A DNA stretch of 64,000 bases from an uncultured Candidatus Saccharibacteria bacterium (GTDB lineage Bacteria; Patescibacteriota; Kazan-3B-28). The translations under genes and the position numbers were made by a program. The stretch spans positions 119,624 to 183,623 of the forward strand of contig CAYSVM010000001.1 in assembly GCA_964434605.1 (NCBI GenBank), in the 5' to 3' direction. The number at the start of each line of letters is the position of its first letter. The stretch's first letter is position 1. This document shows, one piece after another, positions 47,285 through 54,745 of this stretch. A model generated the notes under the pieces. The model saw only the letters and a list, made by a program, of their open reading frames with translations, was not told the DNA's origin and made no database searches.

Positions 47285-49003
47285 ATGACCATAACGCATC
47301 TGGAATTAAGAAAAAAGTTCATTCAATTCTTTGAAGAACACCAACACAAGCTGGTGTCTTCCGCTTCTCTACTCCCCAAGGACGATCCATCTGTTCTACT
47401 GACTTCCGCTGGGATGCAACAATTCAAACCGTATTTTGTCGGGACAAAAGATCCCATGAAGGATTTTGGCTCTATTAACCTGGTAAATATCCAGAAATGT
47501 TTCCGCACAGCAGATATAGATACAATCGGTGATGATACCCACCTCACCTTCTTCGAGATGCTTGGGCATTTTTCTTTTGGGGGATATTTCAAAAAGGAAG
47601 CTCTGGAGTTGGGATGGGAATTTCTAACTAGCCCCGATTGGCTTGGAATAGACAAATCTCGCATTTACGCCAGCTACTATAACGGTGACCGCAAAGAGAC
47701 TATGCCAGATGATGAATCCAAAGCAATTTTAGAAAGCTTAGACGGTCTAATAAAAATTGTTCCCCAAGGTGCGAAAGATAATTTCTGGGGACCAACTGGT
47801 AATGAGGGTCCCTGCGGACCAAATGCCGAATTTTACATTGATGGAGTTGAAGCGTGGAACGTAGTCTTCAATGAATTCTACTGTAAGCCTGATGGGACGC
47901 TTACTCCCCTTTCCACCAAGGGTGTCGATATGGGAAGTGGTTTTGAAAGAGTCTTGGTTGCGATAAATAGTCTGAATAATTTATTTGAAACAGACATCTT
48001 CACTCCCCTCATGGAAAAGCTTAGTACTTTGCCTGACCGCTCCAAAAGAATCGTTGCCGACCATATTCGGGGAGTAGTTTTCCTTTTAGCAGACCATGTT
48101 CTTCCTTCTAACAAAGAAGAGGGATATATTCTTCGTCGTATTCTTCGCCGAGTTTTGCTACATATTCAAGGGCAAGGTGTATTACTGGAAGATTTAATTG
48201 ATACCGTCATCGATGTCTTTAAATCTGTTTATCCAGATTTGGTCAAAGAGCAGGCGTTTATTAAACAAATTGCCCGTGAAGAGGCTGACAAATTCAGTCG
48301 CACCATTGATGCGGGCGAAAAAGAATTGGACAAAATCTTAGCTACAGGAGTGACTTCAATTTCCGGTACCGAAGCCTTTAAACTGTTTGCTTCTTACGGT
48401 TTGCCCATAGATTTTATAAAAGAAAAAGTGGGCGTTGACGAACAGGAGTTTGAAAAAGAATTCTCCCGCCATCAGGAAGTTTCTCGTGCTGGTGTGGAAA
48501 ACAAATTTGGTGGGCACGGTTTGGCTGCTGGCGCAGTAGTAAGCGAAGAAGACAAACAGAAGATTACCCGATTACATACAGCAACTCACCTCCTGCATGA
48601 AGCGCTAAGAAAGTTCTTGGGCGACCAAGTTCATCAGGGAGGTTCTGACATCAATCCTGAACGTGCTCGCTTTGATTTTTCCTTCCCCCGCAAACTCACC
48701 CCCGAAGAAATAAAACAAATTGAAGATGAAGTAAATCGAATTATTAAGGCAGGTTTCGTAGTTGATAAACAAACTCTTCCCTTCAATCAGGCAGTTATGA
48801 CTGGCGCTTTGGCATTTTTTAAAGAAAAATATCCTGACATGGTAGACGTCTATACTATTACCAGTAATGATGGAAAAGTTATCAGCCGAGAGCTTTGTGG
48901 TGGTCCTCATATTAAATCCAGTTCTGAATTGGGACATTTTCGAATTATCAAGGAAGAAAGCAGTAGCTCTGGTGTTCGTCGCATCAAAGCAGTTTTAGAG
49001 TAA
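47285..49003 (+). CDS. alaS: alanyl-tRNA synthetase, compact form lacking the C-Ala domain
   Basis: N-terminus LELRKKFIQFFEEHQHKLVSSASLLPKDDPSVLLTSAGMQQFKP. Editing-domain motifs HTATHLLH and CGGPHI. Only 572 aa. Confidence 0.85.
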   Translation: MTITHLELRKKFIQFFEEHQHKLVSSASLLPKDDPSVLLTSAGMQQFKPYFVGTKDPMKDFGSINLVNIQKCFRTADIDTIGDDTHLTFFEMLGHFSFGGYFKKEALELGWEFLTSPDWLGIDKSRIYASYYNGDRKETMPDDESKAILESLDGLIKIVPQGAKDNFWGPTGNEGPCGPNAEFYIDGVEAWNVVFNEFYCKPDGTLTPLSTKGVDMGSGFERVLVAINSLNNLFETDIFTPLMEKLSTLPDRSKRIVADHIRGVVFLLADHVLPSNKEEGYILRRILRRVLLHIQGQGVLLEDLIDTVIDVFKSVYPDLVKEQAFIKQIAREEADKFSRTIDAGEKELDKILATGVTSISGTEAFKLFASYGLPIDFIKEKVGVDEQEFEKEFSRHQEVSRAGVENKFGGHGLAAGAVVSEEDKQKITRLHTATHLLHEALRKFLGDQVHQGGSDINPERARFDFSFPRKLTPEEIKQIEDEVNRIIKAGFVVDKQTLPFNQAVMTGALAFFKEKYPDMVDVYTITSNDGKVISRELCGGPHIKSSSELGHFRIIKEESSSSGVRRIKAVLE

Positions 49004-49012
49004 ACTATAGAT

Positions 49013-50269
49013 ATGGTGTGGGGGCGTAAAGTAAAATCGGGACCCCAACGGCAGCTGATTCTAGACGTAGGTACTGGAACAGTGAAAGCTGTCATCGTCT
49101 TCGTTGAAGACAATGAAGTTCATGTTGTTGGAAGGGCTTATGCAAAATATCCGCCAAAAAGTATGCAGGGTGGAGTGATTGTAGATTTGAACAGTGTTGC
49201 CGAGGCCTGTCGTCTAGCAATTGAAGCAGCTTCTACTCAAGCCGACTACCAACCACAATCGGTCATCTTTGGTGCAAGTGGACAGCTAGTTGAAAGTGTT
49301 ACCACCACTGTTCACTATGATCGTGCTCATCCCGACCAAGCCCTAGATGCCTCCGAACTAAAAAATATTATTTACAAAATCCAGCAACGCTCTGTTGAAC
49401 GGCTAAAAACCATGTTGAGAGAAAAGTTTGCCGACGCCCATCCAGATGTCGAACTAATTCATGCCGCAGTAGTAGACATGCAGTTTGATGGGTATACCGT
49501 AAACAATCCAGTTGGATTCCAAGGAAAAAGGCTTACTCTCACTATCTTCAACGCCTACATCCCCCTAATCTATGCCAGCATGTTGCAAGGACTTGCTCGT
49601 CAGCTGAATTTGCAATTAGTTAGTATTGCAGCACAGCCCTATGGAATCTCTAAGCTTTTAGTTAAATCAGATAACTCAAGAGATTACAACGGAATATTTA
49701 TAGACGTCGGTCATACCACCACGGATGTAGTGGTAGTTCGGTCCGGCAATGTAGAAGGAATGCAAAATTTTTCCTTGGGAGGACAGCTCTTTACTCGCAG
49801 TATCCAAAAAGCATTAAAGACTACACCCGATCGTTCGGAAAAGATTAAGATCGAGCATGGTTCGGGTAAGCTGAATAAGAGATCGGCAGATAAAATTAGC
49901 GAAACTCTTATGCCGAGTGCCCACATTTGGCTCTCAGGGGTTTCCCTAGCTCTAAAAGAATTTTTAGATCTCAAAACTTTGCCATCAAGAATCTATCTCA
50001 CTGGAGGAAGTGCATCGTTACCAGAATTACGCAGAGTATTATTAACCAAAGAGTGGACTCAAGACTTACCGTTTGCCAGTAGACCATATCCCGAAGTTAT
50101 TCCAGCCGACGATGTAGACAATATAATCGACGAGGTGGGGCTCGCTTGGAACCCGCAGGACTTACCCAGTCTAGGATTAATCAAGCTCTTACTCAACTTC
50201 TCCCCCACCGAAGATGTTGTTACGGATATGTTGCAGAATATTGTTCGCTCAATGAAAGGATTAGGATAA
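49013..50269 (+). CDS. actin-fold ATPase, FtsA-like (FtsA/PilM/MreB superfamily)
   Basis: Phosphate-1 LDVGTGTVKAVIV, phosphate-2 DVGHTTTDVVVV, adenosine motif LTGGSASLPEL. Confidence 0.65.
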   Translation: MVWGRKVKSGPQRQLILDVGTGTVKAVIVFVEDNEVHVVGRAYAKYPPKSMQGGVIVDLNSVAEACRLAIEAASTQADYQPQSVIFGASGQLVESVTTTVHYDRAHPDQALDASELKNIIYKIQQRSVERLKTMLREKFADAHPDVELIHAAVVDMQFDGYTVNNPVGFQGKRLTLTIFNAYIPLIYASMLQGLARQLNLQLVSIAAQPYGISKLLVKSDNSRDYNGIFIDVGHTTTDVVVVRSGNVEGMQNFSLGGQLFTRSIQKALKTTPDRSEKIKIEHGSGKLNKRSADKISETLMPSAHIWLSGVSLALKEFLDLKTLPSRIYLTGGSASLPELRRVLLTKEWTQDLPFASRPYPEVIPADDVDNIIDEVGLAWNPQDLPSLGLIKLLLNFSPTEDVVTDMLQNIVRSMKGLG

Positions 50270-51852
50270 TGGAACCAACTATCTATCTAGAATTTGATGA
50301 CGATCTAGGAGATGTATTAGTAAAAATCGGTCGAATCAAATCCCCTACATTCATCTTAATGATTCCCCCTGGTGGAGCATTGTTGCGTAGTGGGCTAAAT
50401 CTTAAAATCCTAAAACAATACCTAGAAAAAAATGGTCGCAGTGCTCGAATTGGGACAGCGGATCCCATGGGAATTGTATTAGCCACCGCAGCTGGTTTCG
50501 ATCTCACGGAAGTTACTAGTCCCGCCTCCGAAGTGGAAGCGGCAGAAACCTTTCAGATAAACGACTTTACAGAAACAGAGGAACCCCAGTTCGAAGACGA
50601 ATCCCCAGCCTACCCAACTTCCCCTTCACCTCTTCCTCGAAAGCTTTCTGGGGGAGGGTTTGGTGCACTTGTTCGTTCGGCCACTACAACCAAAGTACAA
50701 TTGCGCTTATCCCGTCAGCACCAGATAACACTCTGGTTAGTTTTAGGAGGGCTTTTAATACTTGGTAGTGTTGGGTATTTTCTCGTTCCCAAGGCTACGG
50801 TTACATTGGAAGTTCAATCAGAAGAATTTAAAAAGCAACTTAGTTTGGTGTTAGCCGACCAGCAAGATCTCCAAGCTGCTGGTCCTAATATTCTTACAGG
50901 GAGATTTTTAGAAATTACTCGCGAGAGTGTCTCTACTTTCTCCGCCACTGGTGAAAAAAATGACGGCAACAAAGCTGAAGGAAAAATTACCATATTCAAT
51001 CACACCGGTAGTATCGAAGGATTACTAGCCAACACCCGTTTCAAAAGTGCAACTGGTTTAGTATTTAGATTAAAAAATGAGATTCTTGTTCCTCCCGCAA
51101 AAAACAAAGTACCGGGTAAAGCAACAATGGATGTAGTTGCAGATGAGGGTGGTACAAAGTACAACGTAGCCGCTGGTATTAAGCTCTCTGTCCCCGGTCT
51201 AAACACCACTGCCCAAGCACTGGTATACGGCGAAACTGCAAGCGCCTTTACGGGTGGTACGGACCAAATAACCAAAGTTGTCTCTGAAGAAGATATCGAA
51301 AAAGCTAAAGAAGCTGCAGCAAAAAATGTCTTTGCCGAAGCAGAAACCGAACTAAGAAAACAACTAAAACGCAATGAAGAAATAACGCCAGCGTTTATCC
51401 AGAACGATGTCGTAGATTCTATGCCCAACGTCAGCGCTGGTGCGGTAAACCCGCAGTTTGAAATTCGAGTTCAGTCGCGAAGCTGGACGATAGCAATCCA
51501 TAAGAATGAACTAAAAAAAGCTATTGCCAACGCCGCTGCTTTTGAAGTTCCAGAAGAAAAACAGATAACAGGGCGAACTATCGATTCAGCCAAAGTAAAT
51601 GTTGTGGAAGGAAACTTCCTCACTCATCGGGTTAATTTACTAGTAAGTTTAGATGGACGCATTGGCCCCAAAATAGATACAGTAGAGATTGCAAAACACC
51701 TAGCAAATCAGCCAATCAGCTCTGGCAGAACATATCTTCAAGGTGTTGCTAACATTGCCTCCTATGAGATTACCACATGGCCTACATTTATTTCCCGCAT
51801 TCCTCTGCTTACCAACAACATCAAAGTGAATGTAGTGTATCTCGGAGAATAA
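50269..51852 (+). CDS. hypothetical bitopic membrane protein (527 aa) translationally coupled to the ftsA-like gene
   Basis: ATG overlaps the upstream TAA (TAATG). About 190-aa cytoplasmic N-domain, one TM (ITLWLVLGGLLILGSVGYFLV), about 330-aa extracytoplasmic domain. The track start at 50146 is rejected. Confidence 0.55.
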   Translation: MEPTIYLEFDDDLGDVLVKIGRIKSPTFILMIPPGGALLRSGLNLKILKQYLEKNGRSARIGTADPMGIVLATAAGFDLTEVTSPASEVEAAETFQINDFTETEEPQFEDESPAYPTSPSPLPRKLSGGGFGALVRSATTTKVQLRLSRQHQITLWLVLGGLLILGSVGYFLVPKATVTLEVQSEEFKKQLSLVLADQQDLQAAGPNILTGRFLEITRESVSTFSATGEKNDGNKAEGKITIFNHTGSIEGLLANTRFKSATGLVFRLKNEILVPPAKNKVPGKATMDVVADEGGTKYNVAAGIKLSVPGLNTTAQALVYGETASAFTGGTDQITKVVSEEDIEKAKEAAAKNVFAEAETELRKQLKRNEEITPAFIQNDVVDSMPNVSAGAVNPQFEIRVQSRSWTIAIHKNELKKAIANAAAFEVPEEKQITGRTIDSAKVNVVEGNFLTHRVNLLVSLDGRIGPKIDTVEIAKHLANQPISSGRTYLQGVANIASYEITTWPTFISRIPLLTNNIKVNVVYLGE

Positions 51853-51888
51853 TTGACTTTTGTTGCCACATTCGCTTAACTAAACGAT

Positions 51889-52293
51889 ATGTCTGATCCC
51901 ACGGTCGTTCTTGGTTTAGATATTGGAGACCGCCACATTGGCGTTGCTATTGGCAACACAATCACTCGCACCGCCACTCCCCTTCCGGATTTACCCAACA
52001 ACGATTCGTTAATAAAAAAAATTCTTTCTCTTCATGAGCAATATAGCTTCTCAAAGATCATTGTTGGTCTACCAGTAACCACAACAGGGCAGCACGGCAC
52101 CCAAGCTCAAAAAGTAGAATCGTTAGTTGAGGAAATGCGCTCCTGTTTACCGGTAGAAATTATTCTAGAAGACGAACGATTTACTACCCAATCTGCTTCT
52201 AAATTTTTAGCAAATAATCCCACCATGAAGGCCACTATCGACGGAATATCAGCAAAGTTCATCTTAGAAGAGTGGCTCAACCGAATTCCCTAA
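51889..52293 (+). CDS. yqgF: YqgF/RuvC-like pre-16S rRNA nuclease (putative Holliday junction resolvase)
   Basis: VLGLDIGDRHIGVAIGN N-terminal motif. Confidence 0.85.
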   Translation: MSDPTVVLGLDIGDRHIGVAIGNTITRTATPLPDLPNNDSLIKKILSLHEQYSFSKIIVGLPVTTTGQHGTQAQKVESLVEEMRSCLPVEIILEDERFTTQSASKFLANNPTMKATIDGISAKFILEEWLNRIP

Positions 52294-52329
52294 GTAACTT
52301 TGCCCCAACGGGCCCCTCAAAAAAAGTAT

Positions 52330-52358
52330 TTGACAGATTAGGCGCGACTTTCTACAAT
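52330..52358 (+). promoter_or_regulatory. consensus sigma70 promoter of hup: TTGACA, 17-nt spacer, TACAAT
   Basis: Hexamers at 52330..52335 and 52353..52358. Confidence 0.5.
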
Positions 52359-52394
52359 AGGGTCGATATAGGTTTTGACCCATCGGGAGGTGGA

Positions 52395-52667
52395 ATGAAT
52401 AAGTCGCAACTAATCGAATTGATTGCCCAAAAGGCCAATCTCTCCAAGAAGTCGGCTACTCGCGCTGTGGATCTTTTTGTCGACAGCATCAAAGATAATT
52501 TGGTGAAGGGCAAGAAAGTTACCATCACCGGTTTCGGGACTTTTTCCGTGAGCTCTCGGGCTTCACGCAATGGGGTCAACCCGCAGACTGGTAAGGCTAT
52601 CAAGATCCCAGCTAGCAAAGTACCCCGTTTCAAGGCTGGCAAGGACTTGCGTAAGCTGATTGGCTAA
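52395..52667 (+). CDS. hup: DNA-binding protein HU
   Basis: MNKSQLIELIAQKANLSKKSATRAVD...GFGTFSVSSRASRNGVNPQTGKAIKIPASKVPRFKAGK. Strong SD GGGAGGTGG. The track start at 52272 is rejected. Confidence 0.9.
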   Translation: MNKSQLIELIAQKANLSKKSATRAVDLFVDSIKDNLVKGKKVTITGFGTFSVSSRASRNGVNPQTGKAIKIPASKVPRFKAGKDLRKLIG

Positions 52668-52695
52668 TCTCACGCCATTTTGTCATGAATAAAAG

Positions 52696-52726
52696 CTCTT
52701 GCCTTTAGAGGCGAGAGTTTTATTTT
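52696..52726 (+). terminator. intrinsic terminator after hup
   Basis: CTCTTGCC-tttaga-GGCGAGAG followed by TTTTATTTT. Confidence 0.5.
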
Positions 52727-52739
52727 ATAATAGATACGC

Positions 52740-52814
52740 GCGGGTATCGTATAACGGCTATTATGCGACCCTTCCAAGGTCAAGATGCGGGTTCGACTCC
52801 CGCTACCCGCTCCA
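52740..52814 (+). tRNA. tRNA-Gly (anticodon TCC), CCA encoded
   Basis: Manual cloverleaf: acceptor GCGGGTA/TACCCGC, anticodon loop CTTCCAA, T-arm GCGGG-TTCGACT-CCCGC. The D-stem is weak. Confidence 0.8.
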
Positions 52815-52861
52815 GTGGCAAATATCTCTACTTTCGGCTTTCAAAGCCCAAAACCACATCC

Positions 52862-52890
52862 TTGACGATAAAGGTTTTTTATGATATAAT
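52862..52890 (+). promoter_or_regulatory. perfect consensus sigma70 promoter: TTGACG, 17-nt spacer, TATAAT
   Basis: Hexamers at 52862..52867 and 52885..52890, upstream of the HExxH ORF. Confidence 0.55.
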
Positions 52891-52934
52891 CAAACAATAG
52901 TCAACTTCTTCGGGGGCCTGGTCCTTGAAGCAAA

Positions 52935-53318
52935 ATGAAAAACAAAACAAAAAACATCTTTAACAAACTGAGAGGCACCCTAGTCCAATCGGGCTATCGG
53001 GTGATATTAGTGAACCAGCTCTTGCCCAAGAAAAGCCAAATTCGCTCTCGTGGAGTAAAAGGATACATCGTTCCAGACGAGCTAAAGATTTACATCAGCA
53101 AGTCTATTGGGATTAACGATCGGGTTATTACCCTAATCCATGAGTTGCTTCACGAACTTTACCCCCAATGGACGGAAAGAAACGTTGAAAGGGAGTGTAA
53201 GAGGGTCTTTCGTACTCTAAAGGTATCGCAACTAGGTTGGCTCCAATTCTTTGTAATGACTCGAGCAGAAATGAATACCGCGCTAAAACAGCTAGAGACT
53301 CACTCCCCCATCTGCTAA
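52935..53318 (+). CDS. small HExxH-motif protein, putative minimal zinc metallopeptidase (127 aa)
   Basis: LIHELLHELYP contains HELLH. Has its own promoter and terminator, and sits between tRNA-Gly and the tRNA cluster. Confidence 0.5.
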   Translation: MKNKTKNIFNKLRGTLVQSGYRVILVNQLLPKKSQIRSRGVKGYIVPDELKIYISKSIGINDRVITLIHELLHELYPQWTERNVERECKRVFRTLKVSQLGWLQFFVMTRAEMNTALKQLETHSPIC

Positions 53319-53345
53319 GTAGTACTCAACTGAATCAACCTTACT

Positions 53346-53369
53346 TTCCGCTAGTCTGCGGAATTTTTA
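53346..53369 (+). terminator. short intrinsic terminator
   Basis: TTCCGC-tagtct-GCGGAA followed by TTTTTAT. Confidence 0.4.
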
Positions 53370-53398
53370 TTGAATTTGCTGTGCTAGACTGATAATGT
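53370..53398 (+). promoter_or_regulatory. sigma70-like promoter of the tRNA cluster: TTGAAT, 17-nt spacer, TAATGT
   Basis: Hexamers at 53370..53375 and 53393..53398. tRNA-Arg begins about 12 nt downstream. Confidence 0.45.
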
Positions 53399-53410
53399 AT
53401 TTGCATATCT

Positions 53411-53487
53411 GCCCCGGTAGCTCAGTGGATTAGAGCGGCTGCCTTCTAAGCAGTAGGTCGCAGGTTCGATCCCTGCCCGGGGCGCCA
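53411..53487 (+). tRNA. tRNA-Arg (anticodon TCT), CCA encoded
   Basis: Acceptor GCCCCGG/CCGGGGC, D-arm GCTC-AGTGGATTA-GAGC, anticodon loop CTTCTAA, T-loop TTCGATC. Confidence 0.9.
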
Positions 53488-53496
53488 TCCAAAATA

Positions 53497-53913
53497 ATGG
53501 AAAGAATCGTTTCTCATCCCCAGTAAGAATTTACCAAAGCAGTTTACCAATTAGTAAAATCGATCCCTCGTAGTCGAGGAACGACTTACGGGCAGGTAGC
53601 TACACTACTTGGTCACCCCCGTGCAGCTCAGCAAGTCGGTTGGGTTCTCCACTGGGCGGATTACGACAAAGTTCTCTACCAGAGAGTAGTCAATCGATTC
53701 GGCAGTCTAGCAGATGGCTACACTCGTGGCGGTAGAGAAGCGCATCGGGCTGACCTAGAAATAGAAGGAATTGAAGTTCGAGATGATATGACAATTGATA
53801 TCAGCCAATATCTCTGGCATCCACCAAAAGAGTTGATTCCTAAAATAAAACAACAGAAACAATTAGAGGAATTAGAATTCGCAGGCATTGTGGTGAGGTC
53901 GAGAAATAGGTAA
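53497..53913 (+). pseudogene. MGMT-family DNA-binding-domain (alkyltransferase-like) ORF interrupted by an in-frame TAA at codon 10
   Basis: ATG 53497 gives MERIVSHPQ, then TAA at 53524..53526, then in frame EFTKAVYQLVKSIPRSRGTTYGQVATLLGHPRAAQQVGWVLHWADYDKVLYQRVVNRFGSLADGY, ending at TAA 53911..53913. No alternative start lies before the conserved domain. Confidence 0.5.
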
Positions 53914-53946
53914 AATCTTTTCGCATTGAAATCGTTGCCTGTAGCG

Positions 53947-54022
53947 GGGTGAGCGTAGCTCAGTGGTAGAGCTCCTGGTTGTGGTCCAGGCGGTCGTGGG
54001 TCCGATCCCCATCGCTCACCCC
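53947..54022 (+). tRNA. tRNA-His (anticodon GTG) with G-1, CCA encoded
   Basis: Extra 5' G, acceptor GTGAGCG/CGCTCAC, discriminator C, anticodon loop TTGTGGT. Confidence 0.9.
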
Positions 54023-54054
54023 ACTGCAGACAACATTGATAACCTGGTATAATT

Positions 54055-54131
54055 GCCCCCGTAGCTCAGCGGATTAGAGCGTTGGATTCCGGTTCCAAAG
54101 GTCACAGGTTCAAGTCCTGTCGGGGGTACCA
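54055..54131 (+). tRNA. tRNA-Arg (anticodon CCG), CCA encoded
   Basis: Acceptor GCCCCCG/CGGGGGT, anticodon loop TTCCGGT, T-loop TTCAAGT. Confidence 0.9.
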
Positions 54132-54151
54132 TGAAAACATTGCCATATCTT

Positions 54152-54226
54152 GGGCGCATAGCTCAGTGGTAGAGCAGTCGCCTCTTAAGCGATTGGTCGA
54201 AGGTCCGAATCCTTCTGCGCCCACCA
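54152..54226 (+). tRNA. tRNA-Lys (anticodon CTT), CCA encoded
   Basis: Acceptor GGGCGCA/TGCGCCC, anticodon loop CTCTTAA, T-loop TCCGAAT. Confidence 0.9.
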
Positions 54227-54227
54227 T

Positions 54228-54302
54228 GGCGGGTTCGTCTATCGGTTAGGACGTCAGATTTTCAATCTGAAAAGACGGGTCCGACTCCCGTACCCGCTAC
54301 CA
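54228..54302 (+). tRNA. tRNA-Glu (anticodon TTC), CCA encoded
   Basis: Acceptor GGCGGGT/ACCCGCT with a G1-U71 pair. Anticodon stem TCAGA/TCTGA, loop TTTTCAA. A 4-nt variable loop. Confidence 0.8.
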
Positions 54303-54443
54303 ATAAAAATCCCTATTGACACTCTTTAGTGGGATATATAAACTCGGCATTGTATGCAAAAGCAATTCACACACCACCCGAGTGTTTTGGTGTGTGCTCA
54401 AGGGTCGAGCAAAATTAGTAATATTTAATCAAAGAAAAATAAT

Positions 54444-54659
54444 ATGGACGAAGACATGTTGAGAAATGGCACAGATGCTCCTACTTCTGATGCCAAGCCA
54501 ATGAGTAGTGACGACTCAACTCTACAAGCACAAGAGGAAGAGGTTGGGAACAAGAATATGAATGGCGAAGGTTCTGATGCAACTCTTCCTGGTGATGATA
54601 AAGACGAAGACGACGACAAAGACGAAGACGACGAAGATGATAAAGACGACGACGAATAG
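54444..54659 (+). CDS. small acidic protein with poly-D/E C-terminal tail (71 aa)
   Basis: Ends in DDKDEDDDKDEDDEDDKDDDE and is followed by a strong intrinsic terminator. No clear SD. Confidence 0.45.
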   Translation: MDEDMLRNGTDAPTSDAKPMSSDDSTLQAQEEEVGNKNMNGEGSDATLPGDDKDEDDDKDEDDEDDKDDDE

Positions 54660-54696
54660 GAATAAATATAATTCCCAATTAGCTAACTATTAGCCA

Positions 54697-54723
54697 AAAC
54701 CCCGTGGAAACACGGGGTTTTGT
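54697..54723 (+). terminator. intrinsic terminator
   Basis: AAACCCCGTG-gaaa-CACGGGGTTT followed by TGT. Confidence 0.6.
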
Positions 54724-54745
54724 AATCCTGATATAATAAGCCCAT

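Noticed and set aside
50146-50268. Upstream start of the 568-aa track ORF overlapping the ftsA-like gene by 124 nt.
   Set aside because: A TAATG coupling start at 50269 (MEPTIYLEF) is far more plausible.
54228-54302. On the first pass the anticodon loop looked like TTTCAAT, which would make a UCA anticodon (a UGA-decoding tRNA, implying code 4/25-like reassignment).
   Set aside because: Careful indexing gives stem TCAGA/TCTGA and loop TTTTCAA, so the anticodon is UUC (tRNA-Glu). No in-frame TGA codons were seen in conserved genes here.
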